Source: a virus
Taxonomy: Duplodnaviria; Caudoviricetes
Direction: 5' to 3' (one strand)
Length of the DNA: 29,400 bases
Virus record (IMG/VR): IMGVR_UViG_3300010359_000011
Location: 1 to 29,400 of that record
Part shown: positions 6,685-16,245 of the stretch, piece by piece
Numbering within the stretch: the stretch's first letter is position 1
Layout: the number at the start of each line of letters is the position of its first letter
Notes under the pieces: generated by a model
What the model was told of the DNA's origin: nothing
What the model saw: only the letters and a program-made list of their open reading frames with translations
Databases searched by the model: none
Position numbers and translations under genes: made by a program

Positions 6685-9532
6685 CCGAGGATTTGCCTCC
6701 CAATGCGTTAACTCCTCCAAGCGGCAATCCTCGTGCCGACAACAAGTTCCCACTCTTCTTAAATGCCGGGTCAAACACTGCATACGGATGCCTCAGCTGA
6801 CTCGGATGACGCACCATCAGCTGGTGGTGCGTCCCTCCCAAATCAGCAATATTCTTAATCAGCAGCGTATCATGTCCTGCTGCCCACGCATCCTTAATCG
6901 CCTTACTCATCTTCCCACCCGAGTACCCCGCTCCCTTCCAGTCGAGCGTCTTCGGGTTCTCACTCTTCACAAGATGCGGATTAACCAGACTTCCATAGTG
7001 CCCGGCAGGTGCATTCTCCTCATGTAGAAATATAGCAGGCTCTGTCGCTCCAGCTTGCACCGGATCATGGTATCCCATCTTCTCCCAACTGAACGGCGTA
7101 TCCTTACTCACGCCACGCCACCAAGCCCATTGCCCCTGATGCGGCCCAAAGCCCGCTTCCTCCATCCGCTTCTGCACACTAGCCATATCCATCGGCAGCG
7201 CATTCGGATTGAACGGTGGCACCGCCCCCTGCTTCTTCGGTACCTTCAGCGGAGGATAGTACGTCTCCCAGAACTTCTTCCAATCTGCCGCCGACACTCC
7301 TTGTGATTGGGCCTTAACAGGCCCACTCCCAAACAGTGCATCTTGAGCCGTCGTAGCTGTCCCCGCAGCCGTGGCCTTGGGCTTCATAGTTGTCTTAGCT
7401 GCCTCTACAGCCTTATCAAAAATCTCCTGCTCCTTCGGGTTGAGCATCCCCTTCACCTTGTCAATCGGCACATGATGCACCGCCTGACTCTCCCAGCCCA
7501 TATGACTCGGATCACCACCAGCCCTCTCTCCCAAATAATACCTCGTCCTACTATATGGGCTCGTCACATCCCCCAGATGAGCCCTCAGCTTAATCCTGAG
7601 CCCAGTCTCCTCATACGCCTCCTTCAGCGCCGTACTCTGCTGATCCATCCCCTTATCCACCCTCCCCTTCGGGAGCGCGTACTCATCCCCAAACTTATTC
7701 GTCGGACTTACAATCCAAGCGCCCTTGCCACCAGGCTCCATAACCACAACACCAGCCCCCGAAGGAAGTCCCTTAGCCGGAACAAACGCTGGCTCCTTGA
7801 TCGGCGTTCCCCTCTCCTTCTCCCATCCGGCGGCATCTTTAGGCGCATCCCAGGGGCCAAATCCAGTAGGCTTCGCCCCAGCAGGAGTAAAAGTAGTGAT
7901 CTCACCTGGCTTCCCCCAGTTCTGCACCGTATTGACACTCGGGTCCTTAATCAGAACCTTCTTTCCAGCCTCATCTGCCTGCGGATGCGTCACCGGCCCC
8001 TGCACAGTCGTATGCGCCGGAGCCGCTCCGACTTCCGGCTTCACTCCACTCAGCTCAAGCGCCTTCGTATAATGTCCGCCTGCATCACCCCAAGTCCCAT
8101 TCTTAATCATGTCCGCCAAACTCTGCGGATCTCCCTTAAGCGCACTCTTCGCATTCCCCGTCCAATGATTATCCTGCAAATACTTAATCGCCTCCGGCGT
8201 CCAGCCTGCATTCGGCGTAAAATCTAAAGCAGCCGAGGCCGATGGCCCGGCTGCTTTAGATGGTTCCAATCCTAGAGCCTGACTTGCAGACTGAGTTGGT
8301 GCAACAGACTTAGGAGCCTTCTTGGCAGCAGCTGCATCGGCAGCCGCTTTCGCTTGCGCTTCCGCCTCCGCAGCCTTGGCCGCCGCTTGCGTCTCCATCT
8401 CATGCTTCGCCAGCACCATCTGCGCCGACCCAAATCCCGGAGTCCCAGGCTTCTCATTCCCAGCAAAAGTCTTGGTCCATTCAGGCCCCTTCTCCAGCAT
8501 CTGGCTGATCGCCGCGGCCGTCGGCGTCTCGAGCGGCGGCTTCAGCCCCAGCTGCCCCTCCAGATACTTCTTCGCTCCAGCCGTCCAGTCAGTAGTCCCA
8601 ATCGGCTCGAACGTCGTCTCTGCCGGAGGAGTCTCTAGACCCATCTTCTGCTCTTCATCCTGGAAGTGCTTACTCAGCGCATCACCCCAGATCTTCGCGT
8701 CCCCTCCCTTCAGTGGGTCAACCTGCCCAGCATTAATCATGCCCTCCACCTCCTTTGGAGAGGCGTCTGCTGCAATCTTCCCGTGCTTCTCCAAGTGCTC
8801 TAGCGCGCTCGGACTCCAACCATTTCCTTCATGGATCTTCAGCGCCTCTGCCCATTCATTGTCATACGGATAAGCTCCAAAATTCGGATCATGTGCAATC
8901 CCACTCTTGATTTCGAGCGGGCTTATATTCTTTGCATCCAGACCCTTCTTCTCCAGAAATTTTAACGCTTCCGGAGACCAGCCCGCCCCCACGGAGCCCT
9001 CAGGGCCGCCCACCAGACTCGAAGCAATATCAAAATTAGCCCTCTGCCAGTCCGGACTGCCGACCTTCCCCTTCCCATAGATCGGATTAATAAACGTCTC
9101 CAGCTCATTCTTCAGCGCGCTCGGCACATTCTGCAGCCCACTCAAAAAGTTCATCGTGGAGCCTGCCAGATCCACAGCCTTCTTCGCCGCAAAGCTATGC
9201 TCCGGGTTCCGCGTAAACTGCCTCCAGTCCTCATTCATCCCCGGCAGCCATGGATTAATCTCGCTCGCCCTCCTCAGCTGCTCCGCTTGCGCCCCCGCAT
9301 CATCCGACAGCACATCCCCCTTCTGCCCGAGCCCTGCATTCAAATTCTTCACAACATCCGCTGGATATGTCGAAGCCGGAGCTTCCGCACCTCTCTTCAC
9401 AAAGCCATTCACCAGCGGAGTGCCGCCTTGCATCTCAGTCGTCCATGGATTGAACGGGTCGTGGCTGACCGGCTCAAGAGTCAACGGACTCTTGAACGGA
9501 TCATAATCCACATCCTCCAGCTCAAGTGGCAC
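6650..9532 (-). CDS. Large polyvalent protein: helical repeats + NUDIX hydrolase + ADP-ribosyltransferase-like (ART-PolyVal-like) domain; probable internal virion protein
   Basis: GTG 9532 overlaps the upstream TAG, with GGAGGG RBS. Nudix-box variant LPKGRVDKGMDQQSTALKEAYEETGL (~7600-7675). C-terminal WWRG / IFLHEE..AGHYG / VKSENP / GHDTLLIKNIAD / VRHPSQLRHPYAVFDP pattern. Confidence 0.7.
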   Translation of the reverse strand: MPLELEDVDYDPFKSPLTLEPVSHDPFNPWTTEMQGGTPLVNGFVKRGAEAPASTYPADVVKNLNAGLGQKGDVLSDDAGAQAEQLRRASEINPWLPGMNEDWRQFTRNPEHSFAAKKAVDLAGSTMNFLSGLQNVPSALKNELETFINPIYGKGKVGSPDWQRANFDIASSLVGGPEGSVGAGWSPEALKFLEKKGLDAKNISPLEIKSGIAHDPNFGAYPYDNEWAEALKIHEGNGWSPSALEHLEKHGKIAADASPKEVEGMINAGQVDPLKGGDAKIWGDALSKHFQDEEQKMGLETPPAETTFEPIGTTDWTAGAKKYLEGQLGLKPPLETPTAAAISQMLEKGPEWTKTFAGNEKPGTPGFGSAQMVLAKHEMETQAAAKAAEAEAQAKAAADAAAAKKAPKSVAPTQSASQALGLEPSKAAGPSASAALDFTPNAGWTPEAIKYLQDNHWTGNAKSALKGDPQSLADMIKNGTWGDAGGHYTKALELSGVKPEVGAAPAHTTVQGPVTHPQADEAGKKVLIKDPSVNTVQNWGKPGEITTFTPAGAKPTGFGPWDAPKDAAGWEKERGTPIKEPAFVPAKGLPSGAGVVVMEPGGKGAWIVSPTNKFGDEYALPKGRVDKGMDQQSTALKEAYEETGLRIKLRAHLGDVTSPYSRTRYYLGERAGGDPSHMGWESQAVHHVPIDKVKGMLNPKEQEIFDKAVEAAKTTMKPKATAAGTATTAQDALFGSGPVKAQSQGVSAADWKKFWETYYPPLKVPKKQGAVPPFNPNALPMDMASVQKRMEEAGFGPHQGQWAWWRGVSKDTPFSWEKMGYHDPVQAGATEPAIFLHEENAPAGHYGSLVNPHLVKSENPKTLDWKGAGYSGGKMSKAIKDAWAAGHDTLLIKNIADLGGTHHQLMVRHPSQLRHPYAVFDPAFKKSGNLLSARGLPLGGVNALGGKSSDASRREAASAQ

Positions 9533-10644
9533 TAATACCCTCCACCCACCGCGAACCGATGCACTGCCCACGGATCATAGTGCTGCATCGGCACATTGAT
9601 CTGACTGAGCGCCGACCTCAGCATCGCCCATTGCATCAGCTTTCTATAATGCTCATTCATCTGATTAAACTGATCCATCCCCACATTCGACCCCGAAGTT
9701 CCGCCAGCAGTCCCCTTCCCCGAGGTCACAGCCTCTCCCGGTGCAGGCACCTCCGCTCTAACACCACCGCCCCTCTTCAAACTCGTCCAAGTACTCGCAA
9801 GCCTACTCCAGTCCACTTTGCCCGCCTTTGCATCAGCCAGCAGATCTCTCCCATCCTTATTATAAACAGACGTTGCCAGATCCCACGCCGCCCTCACCTG
9901 ATTGGGCGGACTAAAATCCTTCAGCCCAAGCTTCCTCGCCTCGGTATCCCAGGTCGAACTAAGAAACTGGAACATACCCGCTGCATCACTCGGCCCATCC
10001 GGACTACTCTCCTTAATCCGCGGATGATCCCTATAGTCATTAAAGAACGCAGCCTTATTTCCCGTCCCTGCATACCTCTGGTTATACGAAGTCGCCTCCC
10101 CGCTCGCAATCTTCGTCAGCACTCCCCAGGCCTCGGGCGGCAGATCGGGCATCTTCCAGGCCCCGCCTCCCATCACCCCCACAGAGCCCGCCGGAACCGG
10201 CCCGACATTACCCTGTCCCATCGCCTCGCTCGGCGTCGCTGCGAACGGCGGATTGAACGGCCCACCCAGCAGAGAATTAATGTTGGGCGTCAGCCCACTA
10301 GGCTGCCCCGGCGGATGCGCCCCCTCATCCGTCACCAGCGGACTCAGCGCATGCTTCTCCGGTTGCGGCACCGAAAGAGTAGGCGCCGGATTAATCTTAA
10401 TAGGAGTCGGCGAAGTGCTCGCAACCTGCGTCCCCAGACTCGGCCCCAGTCCACCAAATCCCGCATGCTGCAGTGTCGGTCCTGCGGTCGTACTCACACT
10501 CTCGCCCAGGCCACCCGCACTCCCTTCTGGAGCCGCCGCCGGATGCCCAAACGACAGCGGATCATACCCATACGAGCTTATCGGACTCCCGCCCGCACTA
10601 AGCAAGTTCCTCCCCAGATCGTCATCATCATCTTCATAGGCCAT
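9532..10644 (-). CDS. Probable virion-associated muramidase (lambda-lysozyme-like domain)
   Basis: IASGE...YN...SDAAGMFQFLSSTW...LKDFSPPNQVRAAWDL...LASTWTSL, flanked by low-complexity Gly/Pro/Ser regions. Confidence 0.8.
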   Translation of the reverse strand: MAYEDDDDDLGRNLLSAGGSPISSYGYDPLSFGHPAAAPEGSAGGLGESVSTTAGPTLQHAGFGGLGPSLGTQVASTSPTPIKINPAPTLSVPQPEKHALSPLVTDEGAHPPGQPSGLTPNINSLLGGPFNPPFAATPSEAMGQGNVGPVPAGSVGVMGGGAWKMPDLPPEAWGVLTKIASGEATSYNQRYAGTGNKAAFFNDYRDHPRIKESSPDGPSDAAGMFQFLSSTWDTEARKLGLKDFSPPNQVRAAWDLATSVYNKDGRDLLADAKAGKVDWSRLASTWTSLKRGGGVRAEVPAPGEAVTSGKGTAGGTSGSNVGMDQFNQMNEHYRKLMQWAMLRSALSQINVPMQHYDPWAVHRFAVGGGY

Positions 10645-11302
10645 CGTCGAACCCCGTCATCGTCGGCGCAGAACTCTGAAGCACCCTGTTCATAAAATCC
10701 TGCGTATAAGCACTGACCGGCTGCCTTCCCTGCTGCCAGGCCTGATTGGCCCACCTATCCATCCCCTGATAACCCTTCATATAATTATTCACAGCCGCCA
10801 CATAATCGCTCACTCGCGTCCCACTCGGCGCAGCCGGATTGTTCGCATAGTCCCTCTTCCACGGAGTCGGGCTGCCAGGCGGCGTAACATTACTCTCCGG
10901 ACTATTATACGCAACCGCAGCCCTACTTGCATCCCCTCCATACCGATTAAACAGCGCCTCAGTCCCCGCACGCCCAATCAGCTCATTTCCCTCTGGCGTC
11001 AGTCTATCTGCTCCCGGCAGCCCATACTTATCCTGAAACTTCGGCGTAATCTGCCACGGCCCAGCTGCCTGTGCCGAGTTCGGCACATACCTCCCATGAG
11101 AGTCAACCGGCACAAGTGCCGGATTGCCTCCCAGAGTTTCCCTCTGCTTAATACCATACTGGAAAGCGGCGAGCGGGTTCGTCGCCACCGTATCCGGCCA
11201 CCTACTCCCCACCCCATAGGCGGGATAGCCTCCCAGCCCATAGGGCAGCAAATCATTCCAGTCTTCCATTGTCTGCTGGGTGGGCGTCAGATCGTCAGCC
11301 AC
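10634..11302 (-). CDS. Lytic transglycosylase (SLT-like) protein
   Basis: Motifs IKQRET, AAGPWQI, RYGGDASRAAVAYNS, YVAAV. Confidence 0.7.
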   Translation of the reverse strand: MADDLTPTQQTMEDWNDLLPYGLGGYPAYGVGSRWPDTVATNPLAAFQYGIKQRETLGGNPALVPVDSHGRYVPNSAQAAGPWQITPKFQDKYGLPGADRLTPEGNELIGRAGTEALFNRYGGDASRAAVAYNSPESNVTPPGSPTPWKRDYANNPAAPSGTRVSDYVAAVNNYMKGYQGMDRWANQAWQQGRQPVSAYTQDFMNRVLQSSAPTMTGFDDGL

Positions 11303-13571
11303 GTCCCACGCTCCTCACTCTCGAGTAGCCGCCACCCGGCCTCCTCACATAATACTCTCCATCAGGGGCCTGTCTCGCTCCCGGCAAATTGCTCGGATGC
11401 GCCTCCAACTCCTGCGGCGTCTCATTCTCCTCCACACTCTCGGTCTCGACCCCCTCCTTATTCGCCGTCATAATCTGCTCCAAACTCGACTGGAGCGCAT
11501 CCTGCACAAGCTGCGTGACCAGCTGCTTCATCTCCTCCGGAGCCATCGGAGCCAGAACCTTCATCCGATCCGTCTCCGCCTTATACACATCAATATCCCT
11601 CATCTGGTCCTTACCGACCAGCTTCAGCTGATCTTTGCCCTGCCTTTCAAGTGATTTCTGCAATGCAGCCTGCAAACTCTGTATCATCTGTTGCTGTTGC
11701 TGCTCGGTCGGCGTCGGCCCCTGTCCAAGCGCCTGCGGCGGCACCATCCTCTTAAGCCGCTGCGCCGCTTCCTGCGCCTTATCGAAGTCCATCGCATCCA
11801 GCAGCAGGTCGCCCACAATGCCCACGAGCTGCGGCGCCTGCGTCAGGATGAGCGTCATCGCATTCACACTCTCATCCCTCTTCGTCCCATAAGCAGGCCC
11901 GACCGAAGCCGCCACATCATATTTTCCAACAGATGGATTGAAAATCCTCCGTGCCACCTCTCCGCGATGATCCATCTCCTGGAAGTAAGCCATTCGCGCC
12001 CCAGGATCGACCTCGATCTCCTTTTCAACACCATCCTCAGCCACCACCTTGAGAACCCTGGCTGTGTCATAAACTTTCGGAAGAACTTCAATGAGCATTC
12101 GCCCAACACTCTGGAGTGCCGCCTCATAGTTGTCCTGGAAATGAAAAGTACTCGTATCCGACTGCTGCTGTCTTTGCTTGATGGCCTCGCCAGTCCGCTC
12201 ATTCCCTTGCATCCCCATCTGGTTCTGCCATTGGCCCGACGCCATCATCAGCCAGTTAAAAGCCCGATCCATCATCTCAGCATACGCGGGACTTCCCTGC
12301 GGCGGCTGCTCCCTCTTCGGGTACGCCTGGGGCGGAATCTCCTCCCCCTCACTATCCTTCGTCTTAAAACCTAAAAAAGAATAATTAGTAGTATTAGCAT
12401 GGTCCCAATACTTCTCAAGACCCGCAATAGCATCAACAGACCCCGAATAAGGAGTCTTGCCCTGCATCGCCACATGTTCGACCTGGCTCGACGCATTATA
12501 GTTAAACATTCGCTGGGCATCTTTCATTGCCCTCGTATGACCCTTCCGATCCAACCGCCCCCGGAATGAGAACTCCTCCCCCTTCACAGGTACAAACGGA
12601 ATTCTACTCCCCACCCAGAGCTGATACGGATTGCCGTGCTCGTCCTCCAGATCGCCCTTCTCCCCAATCGCCCTACTTCCACAAATAAAATACCGTCGCA
12701 CCTCCATGCTCGAGATAGAGCGCACCTTAGTCCCCGGCGCATCCATCACCTGATCATACCCCTTAAACTGACTCAGCAGACTCTTCTTCATCTCATTCCG
12801 CTGACCATCCCGCGTCCTGAAGCTGACCAGCTCGTCGTCCGCCTTCTCTCTCACAAAATACTCCAGAACGGTCACCCGCTCATCATTCTCCAGATCAGCT
12901 GGCCCAATCTGCAGCGGACTCCGCTCCCACGGCCCCTGCCCTGGATACAGCTCCTCCAGCTCTTCGGGCAGCATCCTGTCAAACGCGAACAGAAACTTCG
13001 CATCACTACAGTCATGCTGCTTGCAGTCTGGATCAACATACACAGTCAGCGGATCTAAGACTGGCCGGAGAAACACTTCCTGATCGAAAGTATCATCCCC
13101 TGCATAGTCGGTAGCGACACGTATCCAGCCAATTCCGCCATCAACCTGCCATTTTCGAGCCGGAGCGTACACCGCAGCTTGCGCGTTTGATATGTACTCA
13201 ACGCGACGAATAAGGTCTCTAAAGCAGGATGCGCTTTCCGCAGTTGCTCCGTTTCCCGTTCCGACAACTCTAATACTTGATTTATTCTTACGTAGCTCAT
13301 TGCTTATCATCAAGTTATGCTGCCGGATAATATTGATGGTCAAGCAGGGCCGTGCAGCCGCGTCCCTGATCGCCCTATACTGGCTAGGCCATTGCCACCC
13401 ATTATCCGAGTCCGCATTAGCGAACTGCACATCCGCAATGAACCTGCTTCGAAAATCACTCTCCCACTCACTCACCCGCTGCCAGCGATCCCTCGCCGTA
13501 TCCAGCGTAACATTCCCCGTAAGCGCTACCCTCCGAGGCCCCGTATTATAACTAAGTGCAGTCTCAGCCAT
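11295..13571 (-). CDS. Portal protein, P22 gp1 family
   Basis: 758 aa; QWP...RPCLTINII, RAMKDAQRMFNY, GKYDVAASVGPAYGTKRDE, MDFDKAQEAAQRL, Gln-rich C-terminal region; follows TerL. Confidence 0.93.
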   Translation of the reverse strand: MAETALSYNTGPRRVALTGNVTLDTARDRWQRVSEWESDFRSRFIADVQFANADSDNGWQWPSQYRAIRDAAARPCLTINIIRQHNLMISNELRKNKSSIRVVGTGNGATAESASCFRDLIRRVEYISNAQAAVYAPARKWQVDGGIGWIRVATDYAGDDTFDQEVFLRPVLDPLTVYVDPDCKQHDCSDAKFLFAFDRMLPEELEELYPGQGPWERSPLQIGPADLENDERVTVLEYFVREKADDELVSFRTRDGQRNEMKKSLLSQFKGYDQVMDAPGTKVRSISSMEVRRYFICGSRAIGEKGDLEDEHGNPYQLWVGSRIPFVPVKGEEFSFRGRLDRKGHTRAMKDAQRMFNYNASSQVEHVAMQGKTPYSGSVDAIAGLEKYWDHANTTNYSFLGFKTKDSEGEEIPPQAYPKREQPPQGSPAYAEMMDRAFNWLMMASGQWQNQMGMQGNERTGEAIKQRQQQSDTSTFHFQDNYEAALQSVGRMLIEVLPKVYDTARVLKVVAEDGVEKEIEVDPGARMAYFQEMDHRGEVARRIFNPSVGKYDVAASVGPAYGTKRDESVNAMTLILTQAPQLVGIVGDLLLDAMDFDKAQEAAQRLKRMVPPQALGQGPTPTEQQQQQMIQSLQAALQKSLERQGKDQLKLVGKDQMRDIDVYKAETDRMKVLAPMAPEEMKQLVTQLVQDALQSSLEQIMTANKEGVETESVEENETPQELEAHPSNLPGARQAPDGEYYVRRPGGGYSRVRSVGRG

Positions 13572-13582
13572 CTACCTCAACC

Positions 13583-15007
13583 TCATTGCGCCAGCCACCC
13601 CAGCCCCGGCAGCTTATCCGCAAACTTATTAATCACAATATCCCTCAGCTTCTGCATCGTGACTTCACTTGCGTCACTATCAAAGCTCGGGTCCTTAATA
13701 CTCACTGCCATATACCTGAGCGCCGCTCCCGCATGGCTCGCCCAGTCATGTATCGGCTCCTTACTCAACTGTCCCGGCCGATCGCCCCTCTTCTCCTCCT
13801 CCACCTTATACCTAAAATGCCTCAACGCATTCAGCCCCTCCTCACAGTGGTCGTCATCAAACCACATGTTCGGAAACAGCATTCTTACCATATTAATGCC
13901 ATCGGTCTGCGCAATCTTCCGCGCTATTCTGACCTTCCCCGGATAGAAAGCTCCGATCTGCTCTTTAATGGTTTTACGCATTCCAAGTCGCTCATGCTCT
14001 GCATCAAATGGCAGAACATGCAGTCCGTAAACATAGCGTCGTGCTTGGAGCACATCCATAAAATGCTCAATGTTTTGCCCTGTCGCCTCGTAGTAATCAA
14101 CGATCCGCAGCTGCATTCCCACATACTGAGCGAACCATATCGCCGTCGCATCTCTCTTCCCCAAATCCCAGTATGTGTTGACAGGAACGGTCCTTTCCCA
14201 CGGTACTGAGCAGATCCGGCCCTCCTCCTGAGCCTTCCTCAGCTCCTTAGCATAAACCACTCCCTCCAGATACTGAACACAGTGCCCCTCCCACACATTC
14301 AAATAATAATCATAGTCCCTTTCCTTATCCCGCTCCATCTCCTCCTTAAGCACCTGCGGGAACCAGGGGTTATGGGCATACGTCATCTTACAAACAAACG
14401 CGCTTTCATTCTCCAGCATCGGTGCGCCGCCAATAGGCCCAGAGAACCTCCTCGCCCCGACGGGCTTCAGATTCGGGTCTTTGATGAACCTCTGGTAGGT
14501 GTAGTCTGTCTCAAGCTCTGGGTTGAAGGTAAGCCAGATTTCACTTCCTTCCTTTCGGATGGTGGGGATAAGGACGCCCCAGGAGTTTTTTGAGGTCTTT
14601 GCAGCCTCTTCACACCAGCAGATATCAATTCCTTCATAGGACTTGATCCTGTTGACATTGTTTTTAATTCCTTCGAAGGAGAATTCAGTCCCATTAAGCC
14701 CGATAATCTTGGTCTTCTGGACATCGTAGAAACCCTCCCACCCTAGCGCTCGCACCTGATCCTTAAGCACCTTATGTACCGAGTCATCAATACTATTCTG
14801 AAACTCTCTCACACAGAGCACCCTCAGAGCCCTCTGCCTTCCCATCTGCAACAGCGCTCTCGCACAGCCCCAGCTCCGACCCGCCCCTCTACCACCCCAA
14901 AGCACCTTAAAGCGCTTCGGCTCAAACAAGCACTGGAACGGCCCAGCAAAGTTCAACAGCTGGCCTTCCGGCGTTGGGGTGCCCAATGGTGGGCCCAGCC
15001 CAATCAA
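13583..15007 (-). CDS. terL: Terminase large subunit (PBSX-like)
   Basis: Walker A region WGGRGAGRS, CVREFQNSIDDSV, Walker B CWCEEA, TFNP, nuclease WDLGKRDATAIWF and HDWASH. Confidence 0.95.
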   Translation of the reverse strand: MIGLGPPLGTPTPEGQLLNFAGPFQCLFEPKRFKVLWGGRGAGRSWGCARALLQMGRQRALRVLCVREFQNSIDDSVHKVLKDQVRALGWEGFYDVQKTKIIGLNGTEFSFEGIKNNVNRIKSYEGIDICWCEEAAKTSKNSWGVLIPTIRKEGSEIWLTFNPELETDYTYQRFIKDPNLKPVGARRFSGPIGGAPMLENESAFVCKMTYAHNPWFPQVLKEEMERDKERDYDYYLNVWEGHCVQYLEGVVYAKELRKAQEEGRICSVPWERTVPVNTYWDLGKRDATAIWFAQYVGMQLRIVDYYEATGQNIEHFMDVLQARRYVYGLHVLPFDAEHERLGMRKTIKEQIGAFYPGKVRIARKIAQTDGINMVRMLFPNMWFDDDHCEEGLNALRHFRYKVEEEKRGDRPGQLSKEPIHDWASHAGAALRYMAVSIKDPSFDSDASEVTMQKLRDIVINKFADKLPGLGWLAQ

Positions 15008-16245
15008 TACAATTCCCCATCAGCCATAAACAGCCCACTTCCCCCAGCCTCATACATAAACCCCGCAACAGGAGTCGGATTACTCGCTGTACATCCCACA
15101 AGCACCCCAATCGTCGAGGGCTGCCCCACCGTCGCCAGAGCCACACAAGCCTGCATTCCACCACCCACCTGATCTACCTGGAACCCGGCCCCATAAGTCA
15201 TCACAGGCACTTTCCTCATAATGACTGGAAACTTCACGAAGCACTCTGTACTCGATCCAGACGAGTCGGCACACCCCGCCACCGGACTCACTCCCGCCCC
15301 CTCCCACCTCACGGCCAAATACTGCTCCTGAAGCAGGGCCTCCAGCTCCGAGCTTCTCCAAACGAACCCCGGCACCTGCACCTCGCTCGCATCCAGCGCC
15401 GGAGCCAACGCTCCCCTAGCCTGCAGATACGGCGCAATCCTAACCTGGAGCCCAGTCAAATAAATCGCGTCATCCGCCCCTGCCGTCCCACTCCCCGTCC
15501 AGCACACCACAGCCGCAACCTCAGTCTCAGGCGGCATGAACGTGACCGCCACCGGATGATAGCTCGAACTAGGCCCCATCCCCGAATACCCAGCCGACGC
15601 TGCCAATCCCTGCCCCGTCCATCCCACTGTCCCACCGCCCTGGCCATTCAGGCCAAAAGCCATCTTAATCACCCCCTCATCCTGGCCCGTCCCCGTCACC
15701 AAATACAGCGCAATCGCATTCGCCGAGAAGTCCGCTCCCGTCCGCACCCCAAAGTCAAACTCTACAATCTTCTGGCTCAGCTGCACCGAGTTCGCCGAGG
15801 ACACCTCCTGCACCATACACATCTGCGCCGTGCCCGCACTAGTATTCGCCCTCGCCATCTTATACGAGTACTGGAACCCTGGCGTAACTCCATTGGTGCT
15901 CCTACTCACGACCATCTGCGTCCCCGCCGCGGCCCAGTAAGCCCAGCGATCAGGCCCAAACAGCAGCGTACTCGAGACCAGCGGCCCACCGCCCGTCGTA
16001 TTCCTCTGCCACAAATTCTGGCTTGCATCCCCCGCAATCAGCACATTCCCAGAGACGCCCACCCCAAAACTCTGTCCAGTCATCTGGTTCGTCTTAAATC
16101 TCTCAGGCCCAAAGGCCCCATCCGCCGGGAGCCATTCCTGCCCCGTCAGCGGCCCACCAGTCGGCGGAAACCCCGTAAATTGTGGGACGGCCTGGGAGGC
16201 CGTCCCACAGAGTGCCAACAGCGCAATTGCGAGACGCCGCATCAT
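15004..16245 (-). CDS. Tail-fibre-like / carbohydrate-binding protein with Sec signal peptide
   Basis: MMRRLAIALLALCGTASQA|VP signal; NVLIAGD..NLWQRNT...GPDRW, YLTGLQV, RSSELEALLQEQY and FPVIMRKVP resemble a common phage fibre domain. Confidence 0.65.
   Translation of the reverse strand: MMRRLAIALLALCGTASQAVPQFTGFPPTGGPLTGQEWLPADGAFGPERFKTNQMTGQSFGVGVSGNVLIAGDASQNLWQRNTTGGGPLVSSTLLFGPDRWAYWAAAGTQMVVSRSTNGVTPGFQYSYKMARANTSAGTAQMCMVQEVSSANSVQLSQKIVEFDFGVRTGADFSANAIALYLVTGTGQDEGVIKMAFGLNGQGGGTVGWTGQGLAASAGYSGMGPSSSYHPVAVTFMPPETEVAAVVCWTGSGTAGADDAIYLTGLQVRIAPYLQARGALAPALDASEVQVPGFVWRSSELEALLQEQYLAVRWEGAGVSPVAGCADSSGSSTECFVKFPVIMRKVPVMTYGAGFQVDQVGGGMQACVALATVGQPSTIGVLVGCTASNPTPVAGFMYEAGGSGLFMADGELY

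Noticed and set aside
16190-16245. Lipoprotein signal at LALC in the fibre-like gene
   Set aside because: Leu at -1 violates the lipobox; SQA|V fits signal peptidase I better.
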